A stretch of DNA of 64,000 nt from an uncultured Actinomycetes bacterium (GTDB lineage Bacteria > Actinomycetota > Thermoleophilia > Gaiellales > Gaiellaceae): assembly GCA_963746445.1 (NCBI GenBank), contig CAVVAW010000008.1, positions 102,565 to 166,564 of the forward strand, read 5' to 3'. The position numbers and the translations under genes were made by a program. The notes beneath the pieces are model-generated. The model was given only the letters and a program-made list of their open reading frames with translations. It was not told where the DNA came from and searched no databases. This document shows positions 18,571 through 27,888 of the stretch, piece by piece. Each line of letters begins with the position of its first letter. Position 1 is the stretch's first letter.

Positions 18571-19350
18571 CTACGGTCCGGGCGGGCGGACGACTCCGCA
18601 GAAGACCGCCTCGACGCCGTCGAAGAAGGTCTCCGGGGCGAACCCCGCCTCACGGACGATCTCCTCGACGTCAGCGCCGAAGTCCGTGTGCGCGAGCATG
18701 TCCGCCTGCCGCGTCACGAGGGCGTACGGGCCGCCGCCCCGGCCGTGGTGCTGTGCCGCAAGACCCTTCCGCGAGCGCGTCCGCTCACGACGCGGGTCGT
18801 GCGGGACGGTGAACACGTGCCGACCGCCCGCCCGCAGCACGCGCCGGGTCTCGCGCAGCGCGAGACGGGGGTCGGGCACGTGCTCGAGCGTGTCGGAGGT
18901 GAGAACGAGGTCGAAGCTCGCGTCCGGGTACGACAAGTTCATCAGGTCTTCCTCCGGATACTCCGAGTACGAGAGCCTTGGATGGTCGGCCAGAAAGGGG
19001 TGCATGCGGCCGATGCTGTTGATCTCGGCGATCGCGAGCCGGCGGAAGGGCTCCTCCCGCATCAGCTCGATGACCGATCGGGAGTTCTCCCCGTACAGCG
19101 AGACCAGCACTTCGGCGATGCCCCGCACCCGCCGGTTGGCTCCGCATTCCGCGCAGAGTTGGCTCTCGCGATCGACGAACTCCCGGGGCCACTCGCGGGC
19201 CAAGTCGGCGGGCAGGATCCACGAGTTGCGAACGAATCGCGTCTCGGCGCCACACACGGCGCACGATCCTCGGGTGTCCCCGCGCCGATCTCCGGGACGC
19301 CGCAGATGGAGCAGGAGCCAGAGCCCGGGATCGCGGCGGATCAGTCTCAT
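18571..19350 (-). CDS. class I SAM methyltransferase with N-terminal CxxC...CxxC zinc ribbon
   Basis: 259-aa ORF with CAVCGAE...CAECGAN, then FDLVLTSDTLEHVPDP...LRAGGRHVFTVP. Confidence 0.8.
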   Translation of the reverse strand: MRLIRRDPGLWLLLHLRRPGDRRGDTRGSCAVCGAETRFVRNSWILPADLAREWPREFVDRESQLCAECGANRRVRGIAEVLVSLYGENSRSVIELMREEPFRRLAIAEINSIGRMHPFLADHPRLSYSEYPEEDLMNLSYPDASFDLVLTSDTLEHVPDPRLALRETRRVLRAGGRHVFTVPHDPRRERTRSRKGLAAQHHGRGGGPYALVTRQADMLAHTDFGADVEEIVREAGFAPETFFDGVEAVFCGVVRPPGP

Positions 19351-20135
19351 CGTCGCGCGAGGATGAGACGGACGACATCGCCGTCGTCCCCGCGGCGTTC
19401 GCGGGCGAGGAGGCCGTAGAACGGCCCGAGCGGCACGAGGAGCGGGAATGTCCTCACGTACGCCGTGTTGAGATTCGGGGAGAGCCTCACCACGTCACGC
19501 TCGACGAGCTCGACGGAGTCGATCGCCCCGACGAGACGGTCGAGCGCCTCGTCGTCGTACCAGCGCTGGAAGAACACCCGTCCTTCCTCGTCGCGCTCTC
19601 CCTCGTCCACGTAGGCGGACGTCGACCGGTACTCGGCCCACGCGACCGGCGCATGCGGCAGCGTCAGCGCGAGCCGCCCCCCGGGCCGCACGCAACGAGC
19701 CAGCTCGCGAAGCGCCTCCTCGTCGCCGCGCTCGCCGCCGACGTGCTCGAGCACCGAGATGCTCGTCGCGTGGTCGAAGCTCTCGTCGGCGAACGGCAGC
19801 GCGCGACCGTCGCCGACCCGAAGCTCGAAATTGGGCTCGTCGCGGGCGATGCCCTGCCACTTCTCGATCTCCTCCGAGAGCTGGTCGACGGACGTCACCC
19901 GGATGCCACGCCGGGCGAGCGCGACGCAGAACAGCTTCGGGCTCGCGAGGTCCAGGACGCGTTCCCCCCGGGCGGCGCCCAGACGACGAAGGGCCCAGGG
20001 AATCTCGAGATACCGGCTCGGATCCATCGGAACGGCGAGCCGGACGATCGCCTCGCGCAGGTGCCTGCGGCGGGCGAGCTGACGCAGACCTAGCTCGAGG
20101 CTCGCGCGATATGGCTCTCCCCATCCCCGCATCAC
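19347..20135 (-). CDS. class I SAM methyltransferase
   Basis: 262-aa ORF with VLDLASPK, FDHATSISVLEHVGG, VRPGGRLALTLP. ATGA overlap with the downstream gene. Confidence 0.8.
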   Translation of the reverse strand: MMRGWGEPYRASLELGLRQLARRRHLREAIVRLAVPMDPSRYLEIPWALRRLGAARGERVLDLASPKLFCVALARRGIRVTSVDQLSEEIEKWQGIARDEPNFELRVGDGRALPFADESFDHATSISVLEHVGGERGDEEALRELARCVRPGGRLALTLPHAPVAWAEYRSTSAYVDEGERDEEGRVFFQRWYDDEALDRLVGAIDSVELVERDVVRLSPNLNTAYVRTFPLLVPLGPFYGLLARERRGDDGDVVRLILARR

Positions 20136-20141
20136 GGGATC

Positions 20142-21038
20142 CTACGCCGCATGCCGCGGCCCTAGCCGGCCCGCTCGGAGGTCGCGCCAGCCGTCGTACA
20201 CGGCACGCACGCCGGCTCTCCGGCGGCCCGACCGCAACGCCTGCGCGAGATGGGCCGCGACGGCTTCCCCGCGACGGAGCCGGGTTCGCAGCGGGCCGAG
20301 CGGCGCCCAGCGCTCGGCGACCACGAGCCCGTTTCGGAGGCCGTAGTAGAGCGTGTCCGGCGAGGACGCGCCCCCGGACGCGGCGGAAACGGCATGCCGG
20401 ACGACGCTCGCCGGGACGACCAGAACTCGTCGCCCGGCACGAGCGGATCGCAGCGACCAGTCCGTGTCCTCGGCGTACGCGAACAGCGACTCGTCGAAGT
20501 CGCCGAGCTCCGCAAATGCAGCCGCGGGCACCAGCATCGCCCCACCGCACGCGCGATCGGTGACGAACGGAGGTGTCGTCGCGGCGATTCGCGGCCGACC
20601 GTAGCCGTGATTGGACCCGTGATGGCCCCGTCCCGGCCGGAAGGACGCCCCCGCATACCAGACCGTGGCCGGATCGTCGCGGAAGACGATCTGCGAGCAG
20701 GCGGCCGACGCATCGCTGCGCGACTCGAGCGCATCGACCAGCGGCTCGACGAACCCCGGCTCCACGACCGTGTCGTTGTTCAGGAGCATGACCGGCCCGG
20801 CGCCGCGCGAAAGGGCCTCGGCGATGCCGACGTTCATACCGCCGGCGAACCCGAGATTGGCGTCGAGCGGGATGAGCACGAGATCAGGATGGGCAGCCGC
20901 CACGGCATCGGCGCTCCCGTCGCTCGAGCCGTTGTCGACGACGATGACCTCGAGACGCGGGTACGTCGCGGCAGCGAGCGAGCGAAGGCACGCGAGCGTG
21001 TCCTCGCGGCCGTTCCACGAGAGCACCACCACCGTCAC
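20142..21038 (-). CDS. family 2 glycosyltransferase
   Basis: Last 298 aa of the chimeric 1129-aa ORF, from GTG 21038: VTVVVLSWNGREDTLACLRSL...VIVVDNGSSDGS...NLGFAGGMN...LLNNDT...AYAEDTDWSLR. Confidence 0.85.
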   Translation of the reverse strand: MTVVVLSWNGREDTLACLRSLAAATYPRLEVIVVDNGSSDGSADAVAAAHPDLVLIPLDANLGFAGGMNVGIAEALSRGAGPVMLLNNDTVVEPGFVEPLVDALESRSDASAACSQIVFRDDPATVWYAGASFRPGRGHHGSNHGYGRPRIAATTPPFVTDRACGGAMLVPAAAFAELGDFDESLFAYAEDTDWSLRSARAGRRVLVVPASVVRHAVSAASGGASSPDTLYYGLRNGLVVAERWAPLGPLRTRLRRGEAVAAHLAQALRSGRRRAGVRAVYDGWRDLRAGRLGPRHAA

Positions 21039-21046
21039 GGGCGGCG

Positions 21047-22541
21047 TCAGGCGAGCTCCCGCAGGTAGTGCCAAGCCGAGCGCAGGCCGACCGGGCGGAC
21101 GAGCGCGAGCACCGCCGTGGACAGCACCAGCCCCACTACCACCGCTCCGGCCGGGCCGAGGAGCGCGCCCGCGGGCACGAAGCCCGCGATCGCGCAGCCC
21201 GCCACGATCGCGATCGCCAGCGCGAGCCGGCGGATCGTCGAGCGGGCCGCGTGGAGGAACGTGAGCATCCAGCCGAAGGCGACCGCCGTCGAGACGGCGA
21301 GCGCGACCGCGAGCCCGTCGAGCCCGGCGAGCGCTTGGCCGGCGAACGCGAACGGCACGTGGATCGCGAGCACGGCGGCGCCGACGAGGGGAAGTTTCGC
21401 GCCGCGCCCTGCGACGAACACGAGCGGGAACGTGACCGACAGCGCGACCGAGGCGACCATATACGGCGCCATCGCCACGACGAGCCGCGCGATCTGGGCA
21501 CCGACGTCGTCGCCGTAGGCACTGCCGAGGACGTGCGCTGCGATCTCGCCGCCGGCGACGGCGAAGATCCCCGCCGTTGCGGCGACGACGAGCAGCGCCG
21601 GCCACGACGACGCCTCGACGTGCCATCGCGACACGCCGTGGCTCGAGACCGAGTCGCGTGAGCGGCACCGCGGTGACGAGGCCCACGGAGGAGGCGCTGA
21701 TCCCCACGACCGCGGCCGCGATCAGGTAGGCGTAGCCGAAGCTCGTCACCGAGCCGACGCCCTCCCGCGCGGCGATCGGGAGGCAGACGAGATAGATCGC
21801 CTGGAGGGCGAACGGCAGTGCCGCGCCGGAGCCGAGCTCCACGAGCCGTCGTCCCGACCCGCGCACGTCCGCGCGGGCGGCGCCGGCAGGCATGCGCTCC
21901 CGACGCGCCCGCCTCCAGAGCCAGAGCGCCATGAGGGCGGTCGCGAGCACGGCGTTCAGCGCCATTCCCCACGCGACCGCCTCGGTGCGGCTCTCGTCGA
22001 TGCGCGCGAGGAGGAGAAGCAGGCCCGTCACGCTGCCGACGATGAACGCGAGTGCGGGCAGGACGTAGTCGTCGAGCGCCGCGAGCGTGCTCGCCAGCAG
22101 GCCTGCGGTGAACTGGCCGAGCCCCGCGACGACCATCCACGGGAGCGCCGCTGCGGCCGCGTCGACGGCCGCGTCGGGCCCGAATCCCGTCAGGAGCTCG
22201 GCGATCGGACGCGCCGCGACCACGGTCAGGAGAAGGAGCGGCACCGCCACGATGCCGACGGCGAGCGCGTACGACGCCGTCTCGGAGGAGAGCCGCCCGG
22301 CCTCCCGCGCCCGCGCGAGCGACGGCAGGACGGTCACGCGGACGGCCGTCGCAGCGAGTGCGAGGACGATGAATACGCCGTACGCCGCAAAGAAGCCGTC
22401 CGTCTCCGCCGTCCGTCCGAGCTTCCGTGCGATGACGACGCCGACGACCGCGGCGAGCCCCGTCTGCACGGCGATCCCGACCGCCGTGACGGCGCCCGTG
22501 ACCAGCGACCCGAGCCCGGTTCGATTCGCATCCTTCGGCAC
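21047..22541 (-). pseudogene. MurJ/Wzx-type polysaccharide flippase, reading frame interrupted near 21625-21650
   Basis: The N-terminal ~300 aa (from GTG 22541: VPKDANRTGLGSLVTGAVTAVGIAVQ...LVTAVPLTRLGLEP) are in the frame of ORF 20142..23531. The C-terminal 195 aa (SRWHVEASSWPALLVVAATAG...) are in ORF 21047..21634. Together this gives about 497 aa and about 14 TM segments. After the junction the first frame turns into Arg-rich junk. Confidence 0.65.
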
Positions 22542-22619
22542 GGCGCCAAGCCTACGGCCCGCGCCATACGGCCCCTCGCCCGCGGAACCGGCGCGGCGAT
22601 GTTCGTCTAGCTTTCGGCC

Positions 22620-23540
22620 GTGCGGGTTCTCGTCACCGGCGGTGCTGGGTTCCTCGGCTCGCGTCTGGCGGAGCGCCTCGAGGGCGAGGGCCACGATGTC
22701 GCGGTCTCGCGCCGTCGCGACCGCGACCTGACGTCGATGGCGGACACGGCGCGGCTCTTCGACGAGACGCAGCCGGAGCTCGTCTTCCACCTCGCGGCCG
22801 AGGTCGGCGGGATCGGAGCGAATCGCGCGAACCCCGGCCGCTACTGGTACGCGAACCTGATGATGGGTGCGCACGTGCTCGAGCAGGCGCGGATCCATGC
22901 GACGCGGAAGCTCGTGATCGCGGGGACGATCTGCTCGTACCCGAAGTTCGCGCCCGTGCCGTTCCTCGAGGAGGACCTCTGGAACGGCTACCCGGAGGAG
23001 ACGAATGCGCCCTACGGCGTCGCGAAGAAGGCCGTCCTCGTCGGCGCGCAGGCCTACCGCGAGCAGTACGGGACGAACGCGATCTTCCTGCTGCCCGTCA
23101 ACCTCTACGGCCCGGGCGACAACTTCGATCTCGAAACCTCGCACGTGATTCCCGCGCTGATCCGCAGGATGGTCGAGGCCGAGGAGCGCGGCGAGCAGGA
23201 GGTCGTCCTCTGGGGGGACGGCACGCCGACCCGCGAGTTCCTGTACGTGGACGACTGCGTGGAGGGTCTCGCGCTCGCCGCGGAGCGCTACGACGGCGCC
23301 GACCCCGTCAACCTCGGCACCGGCGAGGAGATCGCGATCGGCGACCTCGCGCGGCTCGTGCGTGACGCGACCGGGTTCACCGGGACGATCCGCTGGGACA
23401 CGTCGAAGCCGAACGGGCAACCGCGCCGCAGGCTCGACACGACGCGCGCCGAGGAGCTCTTCGGGTTCACGGCCGCCGTGCCGCTGGAGGAGGGTCTCGC
23501 CCGCACGGTCGCGTGGTACCGGGAGACCCACGAGACGTGA
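22620..23540 (+). CDS. fcl: GDP-L-fucose synthase (GDP-4-keto-6-deoxymannose 3,5-epimerase/4-reductase)
   Basis: 306-aa ORF: [56 protein letters not shown] start, divergent from the flippase. Confidence 0.92.
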   Translation: MRVLVTGGAGFLGSRLAERLEGEGHDVAVSRRRDRDLTSMADTARLFDETQPELVFHLAAEVGGIGANRANPGRYWYANLMMGAHVLEQARIHATRKLVIAGTICSYPKFAPVPFLEEDLWNGYPEETNAPYGVAKKAVLVGAQAYREQYGTNAIFLLPVNLYGPGDNFDLETSHVIPALIRRMVEAEERGEQEVVLWGDGTPTREFLYVDDCVEGLALAAERYDGADPVNLGTGEEIAIGDLARLVRDATGFTGTIRWDTSKPNGQPRRRLDTTRAEELFGFTAAVPLEEGLARTVAWYRETHET

Positions 23541-25252
23541 GCGCGACGGCGGCCGAGGCCCGCCCGAATCCGGTGTTCACGTGGCTCGGCCGGGCGGCGG
23601 ATGCCGTCGCCCGGCACGTCGTAGTTGCCGTGGTCGCGATCGTCGCCTTCCAGGTCCTGGCCACGGTCGCGCTCTTCTTCTCCGTCAACCGCAACGACTG
23701 GCTGACCTACCAGGGGGGCGACCAGATCTGGCTCGTCACCTCGGGGTGGCTCCTCGGGAAGGGGATGATGGGCTACGCCCTCACCGGCCACGGCTGGCCG
23801 ATGCTCCTCGCGCCGCTCACGTGGATCACGGGATCGAGCTCGGTGCAGCTCCTGCCGCTGACGACCGTGCTGCAGGTCGGCGTGCTCGCCCCGATCGCGA
23901 CGCTCGCGGTCTACGACATCGGCGCCCGCCTCGCGGGCCGTCTCGCCGGGGTGTGGTGCGCCGCGGCGTTCGCGGTGGCGCCGTTCGTCGCGATTCCCTA
24001 CTTCGTGCAGCGCTACCACGACTCCTGGGTCGACCAGTTTCTCCCGCAGGCGCTCGGGCTGACGCAACAGGCCGACTTCCCCTCTGTCGTCGCCGTGCTC
24101 GTCTCTGTCGCGTTCACCATTCGCGCGCTGCGCGCCTTCGCGTACCGCGAGGCGGTCCTCGCGGGGACGTTCGCGGGCGTCGCGCTCGCCTTCAAGCCGG
24201 CGAACGCGCTGTTCATCGGAGGGCCGCTCGTTGCGCTCGCCCTCGCCCGCCGCTGGACGCACCTGCCGCTCTTCCTCGTGTCGCTGGCTCCGGCGCTGCT
24301 CGCGCTCACGATCTGGAAGGCCCGCGGCCTCGGCGAGGTGCCGCTCTTCGCCCAGGGGGAGGCGACCCGGCTGGCGGCGGGGCTCAACGACCCGGTCATG
24401 GTGTCCGCCACGAGCTGGCTCGACCGGACGGTGCACCTCGACCTCGACACGTGGCGCGAGAACATGTCGAACATCCGCGAGTTCACGTGGAGCGCGCGCG
24501 TGCTCCAGTTCCTGCCGCTGGCGGGAGCGATCGCCGTCGCCCGCCGGTCCGTCCCCGCGGCAGGGCTGTTCCTGACCTGGCTGCTCGGGTACGTCGTCGT
24601 GAAGGGCGCCGCCGACGTCGCGACCGTCGAGTCGGGGAGCTTCTGGCGGCTGATCATGCCCGCGCTCCCCGCGTTCGTCCTGCTCGCCGCGTCGGTCCCG
24701 CTGCTCGTCCCGACCTTCGTCGACCGGATGGGCCCGCGGCTCGCGCCGGATCCTGGTCGCCGGCCCCGGCTCTACCCGACGGCGGCCGTCGTCGGGCTGC
24801 TCGCCGTCGTCCCGATCGTCGTGCTCCTGCTGGCGTCGCAGTTCCACGTCCAGCACGGCCCGGGGGCCAGCTACGTCGTCCCGGAACTGGTCGTCGACAA
24901 CATCGGTGTCCCGATGGACTCCGACGTCGTCTCCCTCAGGGTTCGCCGCGTCGGCGACGCCAACGTGCTCCACTGGACCGACTCGACCACGCGCGCGCGC
25001 GCCTTCTACCGCGTCTACCGTGCCTCGCCCTCGAGCGGCTTCTCCGACATGGTCTGCGAGAACCGCGGGGTCGACCGCTGCGACTTCCGCGGCGAGACGC
25101 TGGTCACCACGCGCGACCACTCGTACGTCGATCGCGATCCGCCCGCCGACGCGGTCTACCGGATCGGCGTCGCGGCGAACTGGCTCGACGACGACACGCG
25201 CGGTGACGTCTTTGCGATCAGCCCGCCCGTGGCTCCACCGGCGTCGGGCTGA
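23537..25252 (+). CDS. large polytopic membrane protein (putative GT-C-type transferase or polymerase) with C-terminal FN3-like domain
   Basis: ORF 23513..25252 trimmed to GTG 23537 (GTGA overlap with the fcl stop). More than 10 hydrophobic segments. The C-terminal soluble part reads [32 protein letters not shown]...[10 protein letters not shown]. Family assignment is weak. Confidence 0.55.
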   Translation: MSATAAEARPNPVFTWLGRAADAVARHVVVAVVAIVAFQVLATVALFFSVNRNDWLTYQGGDQIWLVTSGWLLGKGMMGYALTGHGWPMLLAPLTWITGSSSVQLLPLTTVLQVGVLAPIATLAVYDIGARLAGRLAGVWCAAAFAVAPFVAIPYFVQRYHDSWVDQFLPQALGLTQQADFPSVVAVLVSVAFTIRALRAFAYREAVLAGTFAGVALAFKPANALFIGGPLVALALARRWTHLPLFLVSLAPALLALTIWKARGLGEVPLFAQGEATRLAAGLNDPVMVSATSWLDRTVHLDLDTWRENMSNIREFTWSARVLQFLPLAGAIAVARRSVPAAGLFLTWLLGYVVVKGAADVATVESGSFWRLIMPALPAFVLLAASVPLLVPTFVDRMGPRLAPDPGRRPRLYPTAAVVGLLAVVPIVVLLLASQFHVQHGPGASYVVPELVVDNIGVPMDSDVVSLRVRRVGDANVLHWTDSTTRARAFYRVYRASPSSGFSDMVCENRGVDRCDFRGETLVTTRDHSYVDRDPPADAVYRIGVAANWLDDDTRGDVFAISPPVAPPASG

Positions 25253-25619
25253 TCTCGGGCGTCGCCGCTCCCTCCAGCGCGTCGATCCTCGTCCGGAGCA
25301 GGGCGACCTCTTGCGCGAGCAGCACGTTGTCGTCCGTCAGCTTCGACAGGACGGTCGAGTAGTGGAGGAGGACGGCGATCACGAACATGATCGCAGCGGC
25401 GAACAGGATCGCCGGCGGGTACCCCGACACGCCGAGCCAGCCGGCGATCGTGTTGAGGCCCCCGCGCCAGGCCGAGAGGACGAGGAGCACGAGCCCTGTC
25501 ACGAGCCAGAGCAGGGCGTAGCGCTCCTTGAGGCGCCGTCCGCGGATCAGCTCGAGGACGATCAGGATGAGGATCACGGAGCCGACCGCGGCGGCGATCG
25601 AGATCCGTACGGGCGTCAC
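25218..25619 (-). CDS. DUF2304-family small membrane protein
   Basis: From GTG 25619 (GTGA overlap): 133 aa, LELIRGRRLKERYALLWL..., three TM segments and a C-terminal coiled segment. The usual partner GT2 is immediately upstream. Confidence 0.7.
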   Translation of the reverse strand: MTPVRISIAAAVGSVILILIVLELIRGRRLKERYALLWLVTGLVLLVLSAWRGGLNTIAGWLGVSGYPPAILFAAAIMFVIAVLLHYSTVLSKLTDDNVLLAQEVALLRTRIDALEGAATPEISPTPVEPRAG

Positions 25620-26347
25620 GGCTGCGCCCCCTCCGAGGGAACGGCGTACCGCCTGCCCATCGCGACGAAGAGCGCGAGCGTCACCTTGAACGCGTAGTAG
25701 ACCGAGCGCAGGAAGGTGATCGACGACGAGCCGTGCTCGCGCTCGCGCATGGTGACCGGCACCTCGACGAGCCGGAGCCGGTGCTTGAGGACGAGGACGG
25801 TCGCCTCGACCTCCGGGTAGTCGCTCGGGTAGTCGCGTGCGAAGAGCTCGATCCCCTTCCCGTTCATCGCCTGGAAGCCCGACGTCGTATCGGTCACCCG
25901 CTGGCCCGAGAGGAGCGAGACCAGGCGGGCGAACCACGTGATCCCGAGCCGCCGGTGGAGCGGCGGCCGGTACCCGTCCTCGCCCTCGCGGAACCGCGAG
26001 CCGGTGACGACGTCGGCCTCACCGGACTCGAGCGGCGCGAGCAGCTTCGGGAGCTCGGCGGCGTCGTGCTGACCGTCCCCGTCGAGTCGCACGGCGACGT
26101 CGTACTCACGCTCGAGCGCCCAGCGGAAGCCCGTCTGGACGGCTGCGCCGATGCCGAGGTTGAACGGCAGCCGCACGACGGTCGCGCCGGCGCGCGCCGC
26201 GGCGTCCGCCGTCCCGTCCGACGAGCCATCGTCGACGACCACCACGTCGATCGCCGGGTCGAACTCGACGATCTCCCGGACAACGGCGCCGATGGCCGCT
26301 TCCTCGTCGAACGCGGGGACGACGGCAACGGTCCGCTTTCCGGTCAT
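25616..26347 (-). CDS. GT2 polyprenol-phosphate glycosyltransferase (DPM1/GtrB-like)
   Basis: 243-aa ORF: VAVVPAFDEE, VVVVDDGSSDGT, RLDGDGQHD, TSGFQAMN. Confidence 0.85.
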   Translation of the reverse strand: MTGKRTVAVVPAFDEEAAIGAVVREIVEFDPAIDVVVVDDGSSDGTADAAARAGATVVRLPFNLGIGAAVQTGFRWALEREYDVAVRLDGDGQHDAAELPKLLAPLESGEADVVTGSRFREGEDGYRPPLHRRLGITWFARLVSLLSGQRVTDTTSGFQAMNGKGIELFARDYPSDYPEVEATVLVLKHRLRLVEVPVTMREREHGSSSITFLRSVYYAFKVTLALFVAMGRRYAVPSEGAQP

Positions 26348-27555
26348 ACAGGCACCGCTGCCTCGAGCCCGAGCAGCCGCAGCACCTGGCGCGCGCGATG
26401 GGCGTACGTGTGCTCGTCGAGGACGCGCTCGCGGGCTCGCGCGCCCATCGCTTCCGCCTCGGCGGGATCGTCGAGGAGCGCCCGGTACGCGTCGAGCGCG
26501 CCGTCCGCGTCGTCCACGACCAGGAGCTCGCTGCCCGGCTCGAACCAGCGCTCGAGCCCCGCGTGCGGATTCGAGACGATCGCCGCCCCCGCGGAGGCGA
26601 GCTCGAACGGCCGGCAGGTCGACGAGCCGTCGACGGTCGCGTGCGCTCGGCGGGTCACGTTGAGGTTCACGCGGGCCGCCGAGATCGCCCGCGCGAAGGC
26701 GTTGAACGGCACGTCTCCGATCTCTCGCGCGCGCCCCACGTCGCCCCGGAAGTCGCGTCCGCCGAGCGCGAAGTCGATGCGGGGGTCGCGTCTGCTCGGC
26801 TCACCGACCAGCGCCGCCATCCACTCGCGCCGGAACTTGTCGCCGTAGCCGTAGAAGAAGACGTCGGAGTCCTTCTCGACGGGGAGTGGGCGGAAGAACT
26901 CGGGGTCCGCCGCCCAGAGCACGGCCTCCGCCCGCCGGGCGCCGAGCTCGTGCAGGCGGTCGAGCCCGCCCTCCGAGTTCGAGAGCACCAGGTCGTATTC
27001 CGAAGGATCGGCGCCGTGGTAGTAGTTGAACCCCGTGTCCATGCCGCCGTACTCGGGCAGGCTCATGGGCACGTCGCCGTCGTAGAACACGACCGGGACA
27101 CCGTGGCGCTCGCGGAGGTACTCGGGGATGCCGCGGAAGTGCGCCATGGGCACGGTGAAGACGAGCACCGCGTCGGGGCGCTCGCGCTCGACGAGCCGGT
27201 CGAGGTGGCGGCGCCAGCGCGGGGTGACGACCTTCCAGATCGTCTCGCGCGTCAGCTTGTCGAACGCGCTGTCCTCGGGGCTCTCCTCGATGCGGCGCAG
27301 GTAACGGTCGCCCTTGAGCCGGGCGAGCCCGCCGCGGAGCGCCGCGTAGCTCTCGCCCTCGCGGTACGTGGGATTCGACGCCGTGCGCCACCACGGCGAC
27401 TCGACGGGACGGCCGCGGTACGGCGTCACGACGAGGTCGGCACCCGCCTCGTACAGCCCCTTCCAGAGCTGCCACCACGCGGGCGTGCATCCGTAGCGGA
27501 AGTCGAGGTCGACCGCGGAGGCGACGGCGAGAATGCGGGGAGCACGCACCGGCAC
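26344..27555 (-). CDS. CgeB-like / DUF3880-type glycosyltransferase (Glyco_trans_1_2-like C-terminus)
   Basis: From GTG 27555. The C-terminal VNLNVTRRAHATVDGSSTCRPFELASAGAAIVSN...HTYAHRARQVL matches the CgeB family pattern. The start is moderately uncertain. Confidence 0.7.
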   Translation of the reverse strand: MPVRAPRILAVASAVDLDFRYGCTPAWWQLWKGLYEAGADLVVTPYRGRPVESPWWRTASNPTYREGESYAALRGGLARLKGDRYLRRIEESPEDSAFDKLTRETIWKVVTPRWRRHLDRLVERERPDAVLVFTVPMAHFRGIPEYLRERHGVPVVFYDGDVPMSLPEYGGMDTGFNYYHGADPSEYDLVLSNSEGGLDRLHELGARRAEAVLWAADPEFFRPLPVEKDSDVFFYGYGDKFRREWMAALVGEPSRRDPRIDFALGGRDFRGDVGRAREIGDVPFNAFARAISAARVNLNVTRRAHATVDGSSTCRPFELASAGAAIVSNPHAGLERWFEPGSELLVVDDADGALDAYRALLDDPAEAEAMGARARERVLDEHTYAHRARQVLRLLGLEAAVPV

Positions 27556-27714
27556 GTCCGGAGTGTAGGCGCGGCACCCGGCGGCGCAGCCCTGAGCGGG
27601 CCCACGCGGTGTGGAGAAATCGGCGCTCTTTCGCGACAAACGCCATCTGGTGCTGCGGTCGGCGATTCGCCATCGTGGCAACAGTCATCGTCTTCGACCC
27701 GAAAGGGGTGTGTC

Positions 27715-27870
27715 ATGTTCGACGAGCTCACGGAGGAGCTGCTCGACCTCTCCGCCAGCGTCCGCGGGTACGGCGCGGCGACCTATGCGGTCGTCGACGA
27801 CCAGCCCGGCTGCTGCGGCGGCTGCGGCACGGTCGTCCTCTGCTGCACGTGCACCAAGCTCTGCTGGTGA
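27715..27870 (+). CDS. TOMM/LAP precursor peptide (51 aa, Cys/Thr-rich core)
   Basis: Last 51 codons of shadow ORF 26398..27870: MFDELTEELLDLSASVRGYGAATYAVVDDQPGCCGGCGTVVLCCTCTKLCW. AAAGGGG lies 7 nt upstream of ATG 27715. It sits directly upstream of the C/D/B maturation genes. Confidence 0.8.
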   Translation: MFDELTEELLDLSASVRGYGAATYAVVDDQPGCCGGCGTVVLCCTCTKLCW

Positions 27871-27888
27871 CGGGGGACGAGGCCCGGT

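Noticed and set aside
20142-23531. A 1129-aa ORF that looks like one giant protein.
   Set aside because: It is a chimera. A GT2 gene (20142..21038), out-of-frame junk across the flippase C-terminal region, the flippase N-terminal half and antisense fcl sequence all happen to lack stops in this frame.
27640-27681. Direct repeat CGCCATCTGGTGC / CGCCATCGTGGCA in the region upstream of the TOMM precursor.
   Set aside because: Only about 11/13 identity over short GC-rich words, which could easily arise by chance. I could not pair it with convincing -35/-10 elements.
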